A stretch of DNA of 64,000 bases from an uncultured Holophagales bacterium (GCA_963842525.1 CAWJGT010000003.1:800001-864000); one strand, 5' to 3'. Numbered from the stretch's first letter, positions 1 through 10,829 are shown. Numbers and translations are program-made. The notes: generated by a model from the letters alone, not told the origin.

Positions 1-476
1 CGGTACGTGCCGAAGTCCTGGACGTAGATCGTGGCGTTCGGGGTCTCGATCCGCGGCAGCTCGTCGCCGAGCGAGTCCTCGGTGACCACGAGCTGGATGT
101 TGCCCTCGATCAGCCGCACGACCGTGGCGCGGTCGCGGGTGTCGGACGAGGCGGCCAGGTGCTCCAGAACGAGCTCGCTGCCGCCGTCGATGCGGAGGAG
201 GTTGCGGTCCGCCAGGACGACCTCGACGTGGGACCGCGAGGGGACCTGGAGGCGGTCTCCCGCGAGCACCGGCTGATTGACCTCCGCCGGCGTGCGTGCG
301 CCCTTCTCCTGGGACGTTCCTGCCTGGACCAGGGTCGCCGACCCCTCCACCACGCGCACATAGCCATAGCTGTCGTCTTGATCGGCGGCCGCCGGCACCG
401 CCAGGGCGAAGAGCAACCCCAGGGTGAGCCAGAAGCGGGACGCCGGACCGCGGCGGGGATCATTCCGAGTCGTCAT
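1..476 (-). CDS. Secreted FecR-like domain protein (partial, runs off the window start)
   Basis: Hand translation MTTRNDPRR...FWLTLGLLFALAVPAAA-DQDDSYGYVRVVEGSATLV...VNQPVLAGDRL...RLIEG...IETPNA shows a signal peptide and FecR-type motifs. GGAGG RBS upstream. Not in the ORF track because it has no stop in the window. Confidence 0.65.
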   Translation of the reverse strand, partial: MTTRNDPRRGPASRFWLTLGLLFALAVPAAADQDDSYGYVRVVEGSATLVQAGTSQEKGARTPAEVNQPVLAGDRLQVPSRSHVEVVLADRNLLRIDGGSELVLEHLAASSDTRDRATVVRLIEGNIQLVVTEDSLGDELPRIETPNATIYVQDFGTY

Positions 477-696
477 GTGGACCTCCATGTTGGAAGAACC
501 TCTCGGTCCCCCGTTGGAGCAACTTCCGCGCCACCCCGGAAATTCCTCTGCCTGCGCGCCTTTCCCCCCTGCGCTGAGTATAATGGGCGCGCCTTCGAAG
601 GGGTGCTACCGTCCACCGCAGGCGTCAAGGCCGTCCACCCGCAGCGGCACGGTCCCGCCAGGTTGCGGCCCCTTCGACATCGCGGAGGCTTCTCCC

Positions 697-1587
697 TTGG
701 GGATCAAGAATTGGTTCGGCGGCGCCAAACAGGCCAAGCAGCAGGCCCAGGACAAGGAGCAGGACTACACCATCGACGACCTGATCGTCCTCGAGCGGTA
801 CGACGAGGCGGCGGACCGTCTGAAGATGCGGCTCAAGCTCAACCCCCAGGACCTGCACTCCCACCTCAAGCTGGCCGAGGTCTACGCCCAGCTCCGGCAG
901 TTCGACCGGGCGGTCGACGAGTTCGGCTTCGTGGCCGAGGAGTACGCCCAGGACGGCTTCTACGACAAGGGGGTCGCCCTCCTGTCCAAGGCCCAGAAGC
1001 TGGCGCCCATGGACCAGTCGCTGCGCTTCCGGATCGAGCGCATCCAGCGCGAGAAGAGCATGGAGCACGTGCGCGCCTACGCCCTCGAAGGGTTGCGCGA
1101 GGCCGGCGGCCAGCAGGCCGGCACCTCGGCCGTCGAGCTGAAGCGGCTCTGGCACAACCTGGCCACCAGCACCGTTGTGCAGCGCCTGCCGGGCGACCAG
1201 CTCAAGCGGCTGTTCTCCGCCATGCAGCTCGTCCGGGTCGAAGCGGGGACGGCCGTCGCCCAGGAGGGGAGCCGCGAGCAGTTCCTCCTCCTCCTCGTCA
1301 ACGGCGTCGTCGAAAGCTTCGTGCCGCAGGATGGCGGCAAGGACCTGACCGTGCGCAGCTTCACGTCCGGCGATATCATCGGCGAGGCGCCGCTGCTCGA
1401 GCGCGGCGCCTGGCCCGCGGGGTACCGGGCCGTCGAGCCGGTCACGGCCCTGCGATTGACCCGCGAGGGGCTCGAGCAGTCGCTGGTCGGCAACCCCGAC
1501 CCGCGCGGCTTCCTCGACGTCCTGCGCGAGCAGCACCACGACCGCGACGTCGCAGCCACGCTGCGCCGCATCCGGAGCACCGCCTGA
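697..1587 (+). CDS. TPR + cyclic nucleotide-binding domain protein
   Basis: ORF 424..1587; likely TTG start at 697 after GGAGG. TPR-like N-half (HLKLAEVYAQLRQFDRAV) and cNMP-binding motif (GDIIGEAPLL...YRAVEPV). Confidence 0.7.
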   Translation: MGIKNWFGGAKQAKQQAQDKEQDYTIDDLIVLERYDEAADRLKMRLKLNPQDLHSHLKLAEVYAQLRQFDRAVDEFGFVAEEYAQDGFYDKGVALLSKAQKLAPMDQSLRFRIERIQREKSMEHVRAYALEGLREAGGQQAGTSAVELKRLWHNLATSTVVQRLPGDQLKRLFSAMQLVRVEAGTAVAQEGSREQFLLLLVNGVVESFVPQDGGKDLTVRSFTSGDIIGEAPLLERGAWPAGYRAVEPVTALRLTREGLEQSLVGNPDPRGFLDVLREQHHDRDVAATLRRIRSTA

Positions 1588-2108
1588 TGGCCATTTTGTC
1601 CATCCGCATCTATCCCGATCCGGTCCTGCGCGCGAAATGCCGCGAGGTCACCGAATTCGACGCGCGGCTGCGCAAGCTCGTCCGCGATATGATCGAGACC
1701 ATGCACGCTGCGCCTGGTATCGGGCTGGCGGCGCCGCAGGTCGGCGTCGAGCTGCGGGTCGCCGTCCTCGACCTCTCCGTCGGGGAGGACCCGTCCAAGG
1801 TCCACATCCTGATCAATCCGCGGCTCGTCCAGCGCGAAGGGCTGGAGACCGACGTCGAAGGCTGCCTCTCCCTGCCCGGGATCACCGACAAGGTGGACCG
1901 CCCGTTGCGCGTCCAGGTCCAGGCGGTCGACCTCGAAGGCCGGCCGATCGAGATCTCCGCCGAGGACTGGCTGGCGCGCGCCCTCTGCCACGAAATCGAC
2001 CACCTCGACGGCGTCCTGTTCGTCGACCACCTGCGTGGGCTCCGCAAGGAGCGGGTGAAGCGGCAGCTCAGGAAGCTGGCCGCTGAAAGGGAAGCGGTCC
2101 TGGCGTGA
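1587..2108 (+). CDS. def: Peptide deformylase
   Basis: GIGLAAPQVG, EGCLS and HEIDHLDG motifs; ATG overlaps the upstream TGA. Confidence 0.95.
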   Translation: MAILSIRIYPDPVLRAKCREVTEFDARLRKLVRDMIETMHAAPGIGLAAPQVGVELRVAVLDLSVGEDPSKVHILINPRLVQREGLETDVEGCLSLPGITDKVDRPLRVQVQAVDLEGRPIEISAEDWLARALCHEIDHLDGVLFVDHLRGLRKERVKRQLRKLAAEREAVLA

Positions 2109-2674
2109 GGGCGCGGGAAGGTAGCGCGCGGCGGACCCTCCGGCTCGCCCTGGCCGTCCCCGTCGTGTTGGCCGCGGCTTGCGGCGGCGGAGGAGGCGGC
2201 GGAGGCCCGACCGAGCCGACCCCACCCCCACCACCCCCGCCGGGCATCACCTTCACGGCCTCGGGCGGAGGGGCCAACAGCATCTCCCTCGTCTCCGGAG
2301 CGGCGACCAACCAGACGACCCTCTTCCTCGAGGTCCGCGCCACGACGGTGACCGACCTCTATGGCGTGGCGTTCGACCTGCGCTATCCGAACACGGCCCT
2401 GCAGTTCGTGCGCGCCACGGCCGGCGGCTTCCTGGGCGGCGGCGCCACCCTCCAGGCCATCGAGGCGACCCCCGGCACGATCGTGGTCGGAGCCTCCAGG
2501 CTCGGCCAGGTGGCCGGCGTGACCGGCTCGGGGCTCCTGATGACGCTGGAATTCACCGCCCCCGCCGCGGGCTCGGGCACCTTCAGCTTCGCGGAGAACA
2601 CGGCGCTCAACGCGTCCGGGTCTCCGATGCCGGGCCTGACCTGGGCCGCCGGCACGGTCACGGTGACGCGCTGA
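2105..2674 (+). CDS. Lipoprotein with cohesin-like domain
   Basis: Lipobox LAAAC, Gly/Pro linker, beta-sandwich pattern (GVAFDLRYP...[10 protein letters not shown]). Confidence 0.6.
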   Translation: MRAREGSARRTLRLALAVPVVLAAACGGGGGGGGPTEPTPPPPPPPGITFTASGGGANSISLVSGAATNQTTLFLEVRATTVTDLYGVAFDLRYPNTALQFVRATAGGFLGGGATLQAIEATPGTIVVGASRLGQVAGVTGSGLLMTLEFTAPAAGSGTFSFAENTALNASGSPMPGLTWAAGTVTVTR

Positions 2675-2688
2675 CACCTGCGGCCGAT

Positions 2689-4122
2689 ATGCCAGATCTC
2701 GTCCTCTACAACACCCTGGGGCGCAAGCCCGCCCCGCTCGCGACCGTCGAGCCCGGAGCAGCCCGCGTCTACTGCTGCGGCCCGACCGTCTACAACGAGG
2801 TCCACATCGGCAACCTGCGGACCTTCACGGTCCAGGACCTGCTGCGGCGGACCCTCCGCTACCTGGGCTACAGCGTCCTCCACGTCATGAACCTGACGGA
2901 CGTGGACGACAAGACCATCCTGGGCGCCCACCGGGCCGGCATTTCGCTCGACGAGTACACCGCGCCGTTCATCGAGGCCTTCCTGCGCGACCTCGACACC
3001 CTGCACATCGAGCGGCCGGACGAGTTCCCGCGTGCGACCGAGCACGTGCCGGAGATGATCGACCTCATCTCCCGCCTGCTGGAGAAGGGATACGCCTATA
3101 CGAACGACGGCTCGGTCTGGTTCAGCATCGCCCGCGACCCTGACTACGGCCGGCTTTCGGGCTTCGACCTCGACCAGGTGCGCCGCGGCGAGCGGGTGGC
3201 GAGCGACGAGTACGAGAAGGAGGACCTGCGCGACTTCGCCCTCTGGAAGGCGGTCAAGCCCGGCGAGCCGGCCTGGGATTCGCCCTGGGGGCCGGGCAGG
3301 CCGGGGTGGCACGTCGAGTGCTCGGCCATGAGCATGAAGTACCTGGGCGAGACCTTCGACATCCACTCGGGCGGCGTGGACCTGATCTTCCCGCACCACG
3401 AGAACGAGATGGCGCAGTCGGAATCGGCCACGGGCAAGCCCTTCGTGCGCACCTGGTTCCACGCCGAGCACCTGATCGTCGACGGGCAGAAGATGTCGAA
3501 GTCCCTGGGCAACCAGTACACCCTTCAGGATCTTCTCTCCCGCGGGCTCGCGCCGCGCGCCATCCGTTACCTCCTCCTCTCGGTCCACTACCGGCAGAAG
3601 CTGAACTTCACCTTCGACTCGCTGGAGGCCGCCGCCGGCGCCCTGCGGCGGGTGGACGAGATGCGGTTTCGCCTCGCCCATACTCCTGAGAAAGGACAGG
3701 CCGACCCCGGTCTGGCCGCCGCCGCCGACCGGCTGCGCAGCGACTCCGTAACGGCCCTGGCCGACGACCTGAACATCGCCGCCGCCCTGGGTGCCGTGTT
3801 CGTCTTCATCAAGGACGTGAACGTGGCGATCGAGGAGGGGCGGGTGGGGGAGGGCGACCGGGAGCGGATCCTCGCCGCGCTGGCCGGCATGGACCAGGTC
3901 CTCGGCGTCCTCGATCCCGCCGCCTGGCCGGCCGGGAGCGGGGACGGTGTCGACGAGGCGAATGTCGCGGACACTGCGGAGATCGAGCGCCTCATCCAGG
4001 AGCGCAAGGATGCCCGCCAGCGCCGCGACTTCGCCGCCTCCGATCGCATCCGCGACGAGCTCACCGCGCGAGGGATCATCCTCGAAGACACTCCGCAGGG
4101 CACGCGGTGGAAGCGCAAATGA
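2689..4122 (+). CDS. cysS: Cysteine--tRNA ligase
   Basis: [32 protein letters not shown] and KMSKS motifs. Confidence 0.97.
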   Translation: MPDLVLYNTLGRKPAPLATVEPGAARVYCCGPTVYNEVHIGNLRTFTVQDLLRRTLRYLGYSVLHVMNLTDVDDKTILGAHRAGISLDEYTAPFIEAFLRDLDTLHIERPDEFPRATEHVPEMIDLISRLLEKGYAYTNDGSVWFSIARDPDYGRLSGFDLDQVRRGERVASDEYEKEDLRDFALWKAVKPGEPAWDSPWGPGRPGWHVECSAMSMKYLGETFDIHSGGVDLIFPHHENEMAQSESATGKPFVRTWFHAEHLIVDGQKMSKSLGNQYTLQDLLSRGLAPRAIRYLLLSVHYRQKLNFTFDSLEAAAGALRRVDEMRFRLAHTPEKGQADPGLAAAADRLRSDSVTALADDLNIAAALGAVFVFIKDVNVAIEEGRVGEGDRERILAALAGMDQVLGVLDPAAWPAGSGDGVDEANVADTAEIERLIQERKDARQRRDFAASDRIRDELTARGIILEDTPQGTRWKRK

Positions 4123-4514
4123 GCCAGGGCTTCGAGGAGTTCCAGAGCCAGCCCCACAAGCGTGCCAAGGGGAAATTCGGCGAAGAGGAGGCGGTCCGCT
4201 GGCTCCTCGGCCAGGGCTACGAGATCGTCGAGCGCAACGTCGTCAACAAGGGAGGCGAGATCGACATCGTGGCCCGGGAGGGGGAGACCCTCTGCTTCGT
4301 CGAGATCAAGGCCCGCTCGAACAAAGCCTTCGGTCCGGCCATCGCCGCCGTCGACGCCCGCAAGCAGCGCCGCATCTCCCGCGCCGCCGCCCTCTACATC
4401 GCCGTCAAGCGCCTCCACAACGCCCCCTGCCGCTTCGACGTCCTCGGCCTCGACCGGGAGGGCGGCGGCTGGCGCTACACCCTGATCCGCAACGCCTTCC
4501 CCTACGCCGGTTGA
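4119..4514 (+). CDS. yraN: YraN (UPF0102) family protein
   Basis: GEEEAVRWL...GEIDIVA...FVEIKAR...RFDV. Confidence 0.9.
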   Translation: MSQGFEEFQSQPHKRAKGKFGEEEAVRWLLGQGYEIVERNVVNKGGEIDIVAREGETLCFVEIKARSNKAFGPAIAAVDARKQRRISRAAALYIAVKRLHNAPCRFDVLGLDREGGGWRYTLIRNAFPYAG

Positions 4515-4576
4515 CCCGGAATACGCCGTTCCCGAGCGTGGTTGTCTCTGGAGGCCGCCGCTGGAGGCCTCTGCGC

Positions 4577-4605
4577 TTGACAGCCCCCCGGCCGGTGACT
4601 ATCCT
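4577..4605 (+). promoter_or_regulatory. Sigma70-type promoter of the tRNA pair
   Basis: TTGACA-N17-TATCCT, 16 nt upstream of tRNA-Gly. Confidence 0.7.
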
Positions 4606-4621
4606 TTGCACCTCGTGGCGG

Positions 4622-4696
4622 GCGGGAATAGCTCAGTGGTAGAGCACAACCTTGCCAAGGTTGGGGTCGCGGGTTCAAATCCCGTTTCCCGCTCCA
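4622..4696 (+). tRNA. tRNA-Gly(GCC)
   Basis: GCGGGAATAGCTCAGTGGTAGAGC...CTTGCCAAG...GGTTCAAATCCC...CCA; cloverleaf with GCC anticodon. Confidence 0.97.
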
Positions 4697-4724
4697 GTAA
4701 CTCCGCTTCAGTCCGGCCCTCTCG

Positions 4725-4799
4725 GGCGACGTAGCCAAGTGGTAAGGCGAGGGTCTGCAAAACCCTTATTCATCGGTTCGAATCCGATCGTCGCCTCCA
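4725..4799 (+). tRNA. tRNA-Cys(GCA)
   Basis: GGCGACGTAGCCAAGTGGTAAGGC...CTGCAAA...GGTTCGAATCC...CCA. Confidence 0.97.
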
Positions 4800-4829
4800 T
4801 CCGACCTCCAAAGGGAACCCACTCCTAGC

Positions 4830-5294
4830 GTGGCCGAGAGTTACGTCTACAGGAGCCGCGGCTCGTTCGAGGAGGCCCGCATCCATGCGGCGGCCATCTA
4901 TTGCAGCGATGGCCGTTGGGGCAACCAGCTCGACGAGTTCCTGCAACAGGGGCTTCACCTTCCGCGGTACGACCGGCTGGCCTGTCCGGGTGGCCCTGTC
5001 GCCCTGGCGGGCCGGCTGAACGCCTACTGGGAGAGCCGGGGAGTCGAAGAGCAGCTCGCCTTCCTCGCCCGCGTCCACGACCTCCGGCAGGTGGTCCTGA
5101 TCGCGCACCAGGGCTGCGCCTATTACGGGGTCCGGCTGGGCATCCTGCCCTCCCGGATCGAGGAGGAGCAGCGTGCGGACCTGGAGAAGGCAGCCTCGGC
5201 GGTCCGGCGGATCGACCCTCGGCTGGAGGTGCAGTGCTACCTCGCCCGTGTGGTGGACGGCTCGGTCGTCTTCCAGAGCCTTTCGTCGTCGTGA
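4830..5294 (+). CDS. Putative beta-carbonic-anhydrase-like protein
   Basis: CSDGR and HQGC zinc-ligand pattern (CxD...HxxC). Confidence 0.6.
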   Translation: MAESYVYRSRGSFEEARIHAAAIYCSDGRWGNQLDEFLQQGLHLPRYDRLACPGGPVALAGRLNAYWESRGVEEQLAFLARVHDLRQVVLIAHQGCAYYGVRLGILPSRIEEEQRADLEKAASAVRRIDPRLEVQCYLARVVDGSVVFQSLSSS

Positions 5295-5524
5295 GGGTCG
5301 TCGTCGCTCCTATCCTCAATTCCCACTAGATCAATAACTTAGAGCTTTTTGAGGCCCTGGTGCGCTGGCGGCATCCGGCATGGGGCATCATCCCTCCCGA
5401 TCACGGAGAGCACCCAGCGGCCGATCGGCAGGATCAATCCCGTCTCTTCGGCCACCTGGATGTGCAGTAAGCCTGCCCCTCTTCCTATTGCCTTCCCATA
5501 TGGGTTGTGATATTGGTATCCCAT

Positions 5525-5869
5525 ATGAAAGAGATCAAGGCGGATGTGTGGCAAGGCACCCTGGACCTGATGGTGCTCAAAACCCTCGAGACCCTGGGTC
5601 CCCTCCACGGTTATGGAATCGCCCGCCGCATCGAGCAGACGAGCGGCGATCAACTGGTGGTCAACTACGGCACGCTCTATCCGGCGCTCCTGAAGCTCGA
5701 ACAGGAAGGCTATGTCTCGGCGGAGTGGGGCGTCTCGGAAAACAACCGCAAGGCCAAGTTCTACACGCTCACGCGCGCCGGCCGGAAACAGCTCGAAAGA
5801 GAAGCGCGGGCCTGGGAACGGACGACCGGGATCATCGCGCGGTTCTTCTCCTCCGGGGAGACCTCGTGA
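5525..5869 (+). CDS. PadR family transcriptional regulator
   Basis: QGTLDLMVL...[12 protein letters not shown]...GTLYPAL...ENNRKAKFY. Confidence 0.92.
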   Translation: MKEIKADVWQGTLDLMVLKTLETLGPLHGYGIARRIEQTSGDQLVVNYGTLYPALLKLEQEGYVSAEWGVSENNRKAKFYTLTRAGRKQLEREARAWERTTGIIARFFSSGETS

Positions 5870-8527
5870 TGGGCGCGATGAGAAGACATGTGCGCGCCCC
5901 GCTGCGCCGGTTCGCCGCGATGTTCGACCGCGCCCGCCTCGACCGCGAGCTCACGGCGGAGCTCGAGAGCCATCTCGCCATGCACATCGACGACAACCTG
6001 CGGGCCGGCATGACGCCCGTCGAGGCGCGCCGGCAGGCGCTTTTGAAGCTCGGCGGCGTCGCCCAGGTCGAGGAGCGCTACCGGGAGCGCCGCGGCCTTC
6101 CCTTGCTCGAAAACCTGATCCGCGATCTGTGCTTCGCTGCGCGGACGCTGCGCAGGAACCCCGGCTTCACCGCCGTCGCCGTGCTGACCCTCGGCCTCGG
6201 CATCGGCGCCAATACCGCGATCTTCAGCGTCGTCAACGCCGTCCTCCTGCGCCCGCTGCCGTTCCCGCAGCCCGAGCGCCTCGTGCTGGTCTGGGCGACG
6301 AATACGGAGACCGGCGACATGGAAGACGTCGCGACCTATCCCGATTTCGCGGACTGGCGGGCGCGGAGCCGGGCCTTCGAGCGCATGACGGCCTTCACCA
6401 CGCGCGGCATGACGATCGTGGGCCCGGACCAGGCGGAGCTGGTGCCGGCGGTGCAGGTGACGCCCGGCTTCTTCGAGACGCTGGGCATCGCGCCGGCGTT
6501 GGGACGGACATTCCGGCCCGACGAAGGAGAAGCGGGAACTGCCCAGGTCGCGGTGCTGAGCGATAGTGCTTGGAGGCGGCATTACGGAGGCCGCGCGGAC
6601 GTGCTGGGCAAGACGATCCGGGCCAATGAGGAGGCCTGGACGATCGTCGGGGTCATGCCTCCGGATTTCCGTTTCTCTTTCGATTCCGGGCCGCCGGAAC
6701 AGATCTATGTGCCGCTGGTCCGCGACCCGAGCCGCAATCACGGTTTCCTGCGGGTGTTGGGCCGCCTGCGGCCGGGTGCCCCTGTCACTGCCGCCCAGGC
6801 CGAGATGGGTACCATCACGGCGAGCCTTGCCCAGGAATTTCCGGATTCCAACCAGGGAGTCGGAGCGCGGGTCGTGCCGCTCGTGGAGGCTCTGGCCGGG
6901 AAGGCCCGCCTCGCCCTGGTGATGTTCCTCGGCGTCGTCTCGCTGGTGCTGCTGATCGCCTGCACCAACGTGGCGAACCTCCTGCTGGCGCGCAGCGCGT
7001 CGCGCCAGAAAGAGCTCGCTCTGCGGGCGGCTTTGGGCGCCGGCCGGGCGCGGCTGCTGCAGCAACTGGTGACCGAAAGCATCGTGCTCGCGCTGGCGGG
7101 CGGCGCGTTCGGCCTGCTGATCTCGAGTTGGACCGCGTCGCTGCTGGTGAGGCTCCTGACGCAGAGCTTCCAGATTCCACGGATCGAGAGCACGAGCATG
7201 GATGGATGGGTCCTGGGATTCGCCCTCCTCCTGTCGCTCGCGACCGGACTCCTGTGCGGAGCCGTGTTCGCACCCGTCGTCGTGTCGGCGAGCCTGGAGG
7301 AGAGCTTGCGCGAATCGAGCCGGACCTCCACGGGGAGCCGCGGCGGCCGGCGTCTCCGCAGCACGCTGATCGTGACGGAGACCGCGCTGGCGCTGGTCCT
7401 GCTGGCCGGCGCCGGGCTGCTTCTGAAGAGCCTTCTGGTGCTGCACAACACGGCACCGGGGTTCAAGGCGGAGGACGTGCTGACGGTGGATTTCTTCCTG
7501 CCGAAGAACAAGCTCTCCCAACCTCTCGAACGACGGAGGTTCTTCGAGGACGTCCTGGCGCACGCCGGGACGCTGCCCGGTGTGCGCTCGGCCGCGCTCG
7601 TCGCCAACCTGCCCATGAACGGCGGCTGGGACTCAATTGCAATTCCACGTGACGGGCCGGCCGGATCCGGCTCCTGACCAGGGATTCAGCGCGAATTTCA
7701 ACATCGCGAGCCCCGGCTACTTCCGGACCATGGGGATTCCTCTGCGTGCGGGCCGGGAATTCGCCCGGCAGGAGACTGAGACGGCGGGCGGAGTCATCGT
7801 CGTCAACGAGTCGGCGGCCCGCGCGTTCTGGCCGGATACCGACCCGGTCGGCAGGACCATCGAGCTGCCCGTCGACGACGAAACGACAGTCACCCTCACC
7901 GTCGTCGGCGTCACCGGCGATGTGCGGCAACTGGGGCTCGGCAGCGCGCCGCAGCCCGAGATCTTCCTCAACTCCATGCAGCCCGGCCCGCCCTGGCAGT
8001 GGCTCACCCTCGTCGTCCGCATGGCTCCGGAGCGGGCAGCGGCTTTGAAAAACGCCGGGTGGTCCGTGGACCGTGACGTGCCCATCACCCAGGTGCGCAC
8101 GCTCGACGAGGTGCTCTCGGCCTCCCTGGCGGAGCCCCGCGTCTACACGCTGTTGCTCGGCGTCTTCGCGGCGCTCGCCCTGATCCTGGCCGCGATCGGG
8201 CTCTATGGCGTCGTCTCGTACACCGTGACGCAGCGGACGTCCGAGATGGGAGTCCGCCTGGCGCTCGGCGCCGAGCGCAGCGCCCTCGTGCGGCTGGTCC
8301 TGCGGCAGGGCCTGAGCCTGACGCTGATCGGCACCGGGATCGGGCTCGTCGCAGCCCTGGCGGTGGCTCAGCTCCTCACCCGCTTGTCGCCCGAGATCCA
8401 GCCGGGCGACCCGCTGACCCTGTCGGCGGTCTCGGCCCTGCTGCTCGGCGTGGCGTTCATGGCGGCCTACCTGCCCGCGCGGCGCGCCTCGCGCGTCGAC
8501 CCGACCGTCGCGCTGCGGTACGACTAG
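5869..8527 (+). CDS. ADOP-type duplicated ABC permease (MacB/FtsX); frameshift near 7635
   Basis: [35 protein letters not shown] and [10 protein letters not shown]; split between ORFs 5380..7677 and 7637..8527. Confidence 0.88.
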
Positions 8528-8529
8528 AG

Positions 8530-8874
8530 CCGCCCGGTGGAAGGGCGTCCAACAAAAGCTCCCGACTTGGTGTCTTTCTCTCCAGGAGCGAGGAGGGTGT
8601 AGAATCAGTCTGCTCTTTGAAAACCGAAGCTCAACGGCCGGCACAGGCCCCCTGCTCTGGGCAAAAGCCATGCCTGACAAGAAACGCGCCAGCGCCAAAA
8701 CGCCAATTTGGCCGGCACATAACTGCTCACCTGGATCTTGAACGGGCTCAGAGGGTTAGCCTCCAAGGAGGTTTGCCCGGACGGAAAAAGCCGAGCTCGT
8801 CGAGGCTCCATTTTCGGAGATAACCGCTCGAGCCACCTTAAGTCCTGTAGAATCAAGAGCCTGGAAGTGCCGCG
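8530..8874 (+). promoter_or_regulatory. Putative CRISPR leader
   Basis: Non-coding, A/T-richer stretch abutting repeat 1. TGTAGAATCA occurs twice (8598 and 8846); the second copy is IHF-site-like and about 20 nt from the first repeat. Confidence 0.5.
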
Positions 8875-9397
8875 GTCGGAACTGCCCTAATCAGTACGGT
8901 GGGATTGCGACTTCTCCTTGCTGTGCGGGGGGGCGAATCGCTGCAAACGTAGTCGGAACTGCCCTAATCAGTACGGTGGGATTGCGACGAGGCTTCACTG
9001 GACCAACAACCTGACCAGTTCCAGGGGGAACGTCGGAACTGCCCTAATCAGTACGGTGGGATTGCTCAATTAAAAGGCCCCGGAGGGGCTCAAGGCATGT
9101 AGCCCGGGGTCAGAGCGACGAAGGAGCGGCGACCCCAGGTAAGGGAGAAAAAATATTTCCAAGCCCCGGCAGGGGCGGCAGCAGATTTGGCTGGGCACGA
9201 GCTTGCTGCCGCCCCTCTGGGGCTTGGAAACAAAATGGGCCTTCTGACCCGGGGTCGCCGCTCCTTCGTCGCTTTGACCCCGGGCTACACGCCTGAGCCT
9301 CTCCGAGGCTCTTTTTTTGCAACAACCGAGAGTGCGGTGGGATTGCGACGCCACAAGTCGCTGTACACCTTTCGGCGGCCGGGCTTGACAGCGTCGG
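8875..9397 (+). CRISPR. Orphan CRISPR mini-array, 37-nt repeat GTCGGAACTGCCCTAATCAGTACGGTGGGATTGCGAC, disrupted by insertions
   Basis: Full repeats at 8875-8911 and 8952-8988; 34/37 nt at 9032-9065; 3' half-repeat at 9331-9349; 5' stub GTCGG at 9393. Unique spacers of 40, 43 and 43 nt. No cas genes in the window. Confidence 0.85.
9066..9330. mobile_element. REPIN/MITE-like nested palindrome inside the CRISPR array (partial second copy at 9398-9476)
   Basis: Long inverted arms TGTAGCCCGGGGTCAGAGCGACGAAGGAGCGGCGACCCC / GGGGTCGCCGCTCCTTCGTCGCTTTGACCCCGGGCTACA enclose an inner hairpin AGGGGCGGCAGCA...TGCTGCCGCCCCT. Confidence 0.7.
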
Positions 9398-9476
9398 GAG
9401 ACAAAAATATTTCCAAGCCCCGACAGGGGCGGCAGCAGATTCGGCAGGGCGTCGGTTTGCTGCCGCCCCTCGGGGA

Positions 9477-10004
9477 CTACGCCGCTTCGGGTGGGCTGGC
9501 GACCCGTTCGTACAGCAGGGTGCCGGAGCGGTCGAGCGCCACGGCGCCGGCTGCTTCCAGCAGGAAGGTCAGGGAGGCGGGGGAGACGAGAAGGCAGAGG
9601 GCTACATGGAGCGCTTCGATCAGCCTCTCGTCAAAGAGCTCGAGCCAGCCGATGGGCTCGCCCCAGTCGCCCCGGCTCTGGACGGCATAGCCTTCCTGGT
9701 CGGGCTCGGTCTTGAGGCGGAAGGCCATGTCGCGCCCGATGCCGGGCAGGACGGCGGCGGCCAGAAGGGCGTAGAACGGCGAGACGAAGACTGCAGAGGC
9801 GCGGTGGCCGGCCGCTGCGCTCTCGCCGGCCCGGAACAGACCGAAATGCGCCCCCACAGGCTCGACGTGCCAGGGACCGGCCACGTCGGCCTCGCCCGCG
9901 GTGGGCGGCTCGTCGCGGTCGCCGAAGAGGTCGAGGAAATGGGGGTGGAAGGCGTTGTGCGGATGCAGGGTGCTACCATCGTCGGTGCCACGCATGGGAT
10001 TCAT
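9477..10004 (-). CDS. Hypothetical protein
   Basis: 175-aa ORF with AAAGGAGA RBS and plausible codon usage; no recognisable family. Confidence 0.65.
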   Translation of the reverse strand: MNPMRGTDDGSTLHPHNAFHPHFLDLFGDRDEPPTAGEADVAGPWHVEPVGAHFGLFRAGESAAAGHRASAVFVSPFYALLAAAVLPGIGRDMAFRLKTEPDQEGYAVQSRGDWGEPIGWLELFDERLIEALHVALCLLVSPASLTFLLEAAGAVALDRSGTLLYERVASPPEAA

Positions 10005-10160
10005 TCTCCTTTGCGTTGGTAGGCCTGGGGTAAGGGCCCTGAACCCTTGCTCCGGGCCGCTTGGTTTCGAGAAACGACGGTTTCGACAAGCTGCGGGTGA
10101 GTCGGCGGGGCTTCTGGGTCGCGACCTCCTTTCGAGACACGGGACGACTGAGCTACCGCC

Positions 10161-10190
10161 ACACTACCGCCCCGTGGTTGCGGCTGTCAA
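10161..10190 (-). promoter_or_regulatory. Sigma70-type promoter for the 9477..10004 gene
   Basis: TTGACA-N18-TAGTGT on the minus strand, giving a 5' leader of about 150 nt. Confidence 0.5.
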
Positions 10191-10278
10191 GCCCCTTTTT
10201 CTCCCTGGGGAGCGCAAACCGGATACCGGGGCATGCGGAGCACACCCCGGTATCCCTCCCTCTCACTCCCGCACGGCC

Positions 10279-10680
10279 TCAGCTCTCGGGGTCGGTGTCC
10301 GGAGTGCTCGCCTCGGCGGGCGCGCTGGCCGGCGTCTTGGCCGCCGCCACCGGCTTGCGCGCCCGTTTACGGCGCGGGATCATCCCGAACTGGACCAGCC
10401 GCTCGTTGCGGTAGCCGATCTTCCCCTTCGCCACGGCGCGGATCGCGATGGCCTGGGCCTTGCCGTGGCCCACCAGCTCCCGGATCTGCTGCGTCAGCTC
10501 CTGCCGGCCGGCATTCTGCGCCTCCTGCCGCGCCTTGAGGATCCGCGCATCCGCCAGGTCCCTCTCCAGAGACAGCCGTTCTGGTTCCACGGCGCCGAGA
10601 AGCTCCGCATGCTCCTTGGCGGCGGCGAGCAATCCCTCCCAGTCCTGGACGATGTCGGCGAACCCATTGATGCTGGACAT
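10279..10680 (-). CDS. Small helical protein with basic C-terminal patch
   Basis: AGGAGG RBS before MSSINGFADIVQDWEGLL...; coiled-coil-like middle, then FGMIPRRKRARK. Confidence 0.75.
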   Translation of the reverse strand: MSSINGFADIVQDWEGLLAAAKEHAELLGAVEPERLSLERDLADARILKARQEAQNAGRQELTQQIRELVGHGKAQAIAIRAVAKGKIGYRNERLVQFGMIPRRKRARKPVAAAKTPASAPAEASTPDTDPES

Positions 10681-10829
10681 GACGTCTTCCTCCTTTGAAA
10701 AAATCCGCCGCCTCGATTGGCTTCGGATCATTCGGGGCCAAAAAAATAGCTCTGGCCATAATCGGTCAACTAGGTCAAGATAAGACAGCTCGCGCACCGT
10801 GTCAAGAGGTCCGAGCGACATTTTCACAG

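Noticed and set aside
159-1586. Long N-terminal extensions and antisense ORFs in the ORF track (for example 159..2108, 2179..4122, 60689..62863)
   Set aside because: These are shadow ORFs typical of high-GC DNA; RBS positions and family motifs support the shorter starts.
2181-2240. G-rich and C-rich runs as a DNA repeat element
   Set aside because: They encode the Gly/Pro linker of a lipoprotein.
4788-5320. att-site duplication of the tRNA-Cys 3' end near 5300
   Set aside because: The match is short and gapped, and there is no integrase in the window.
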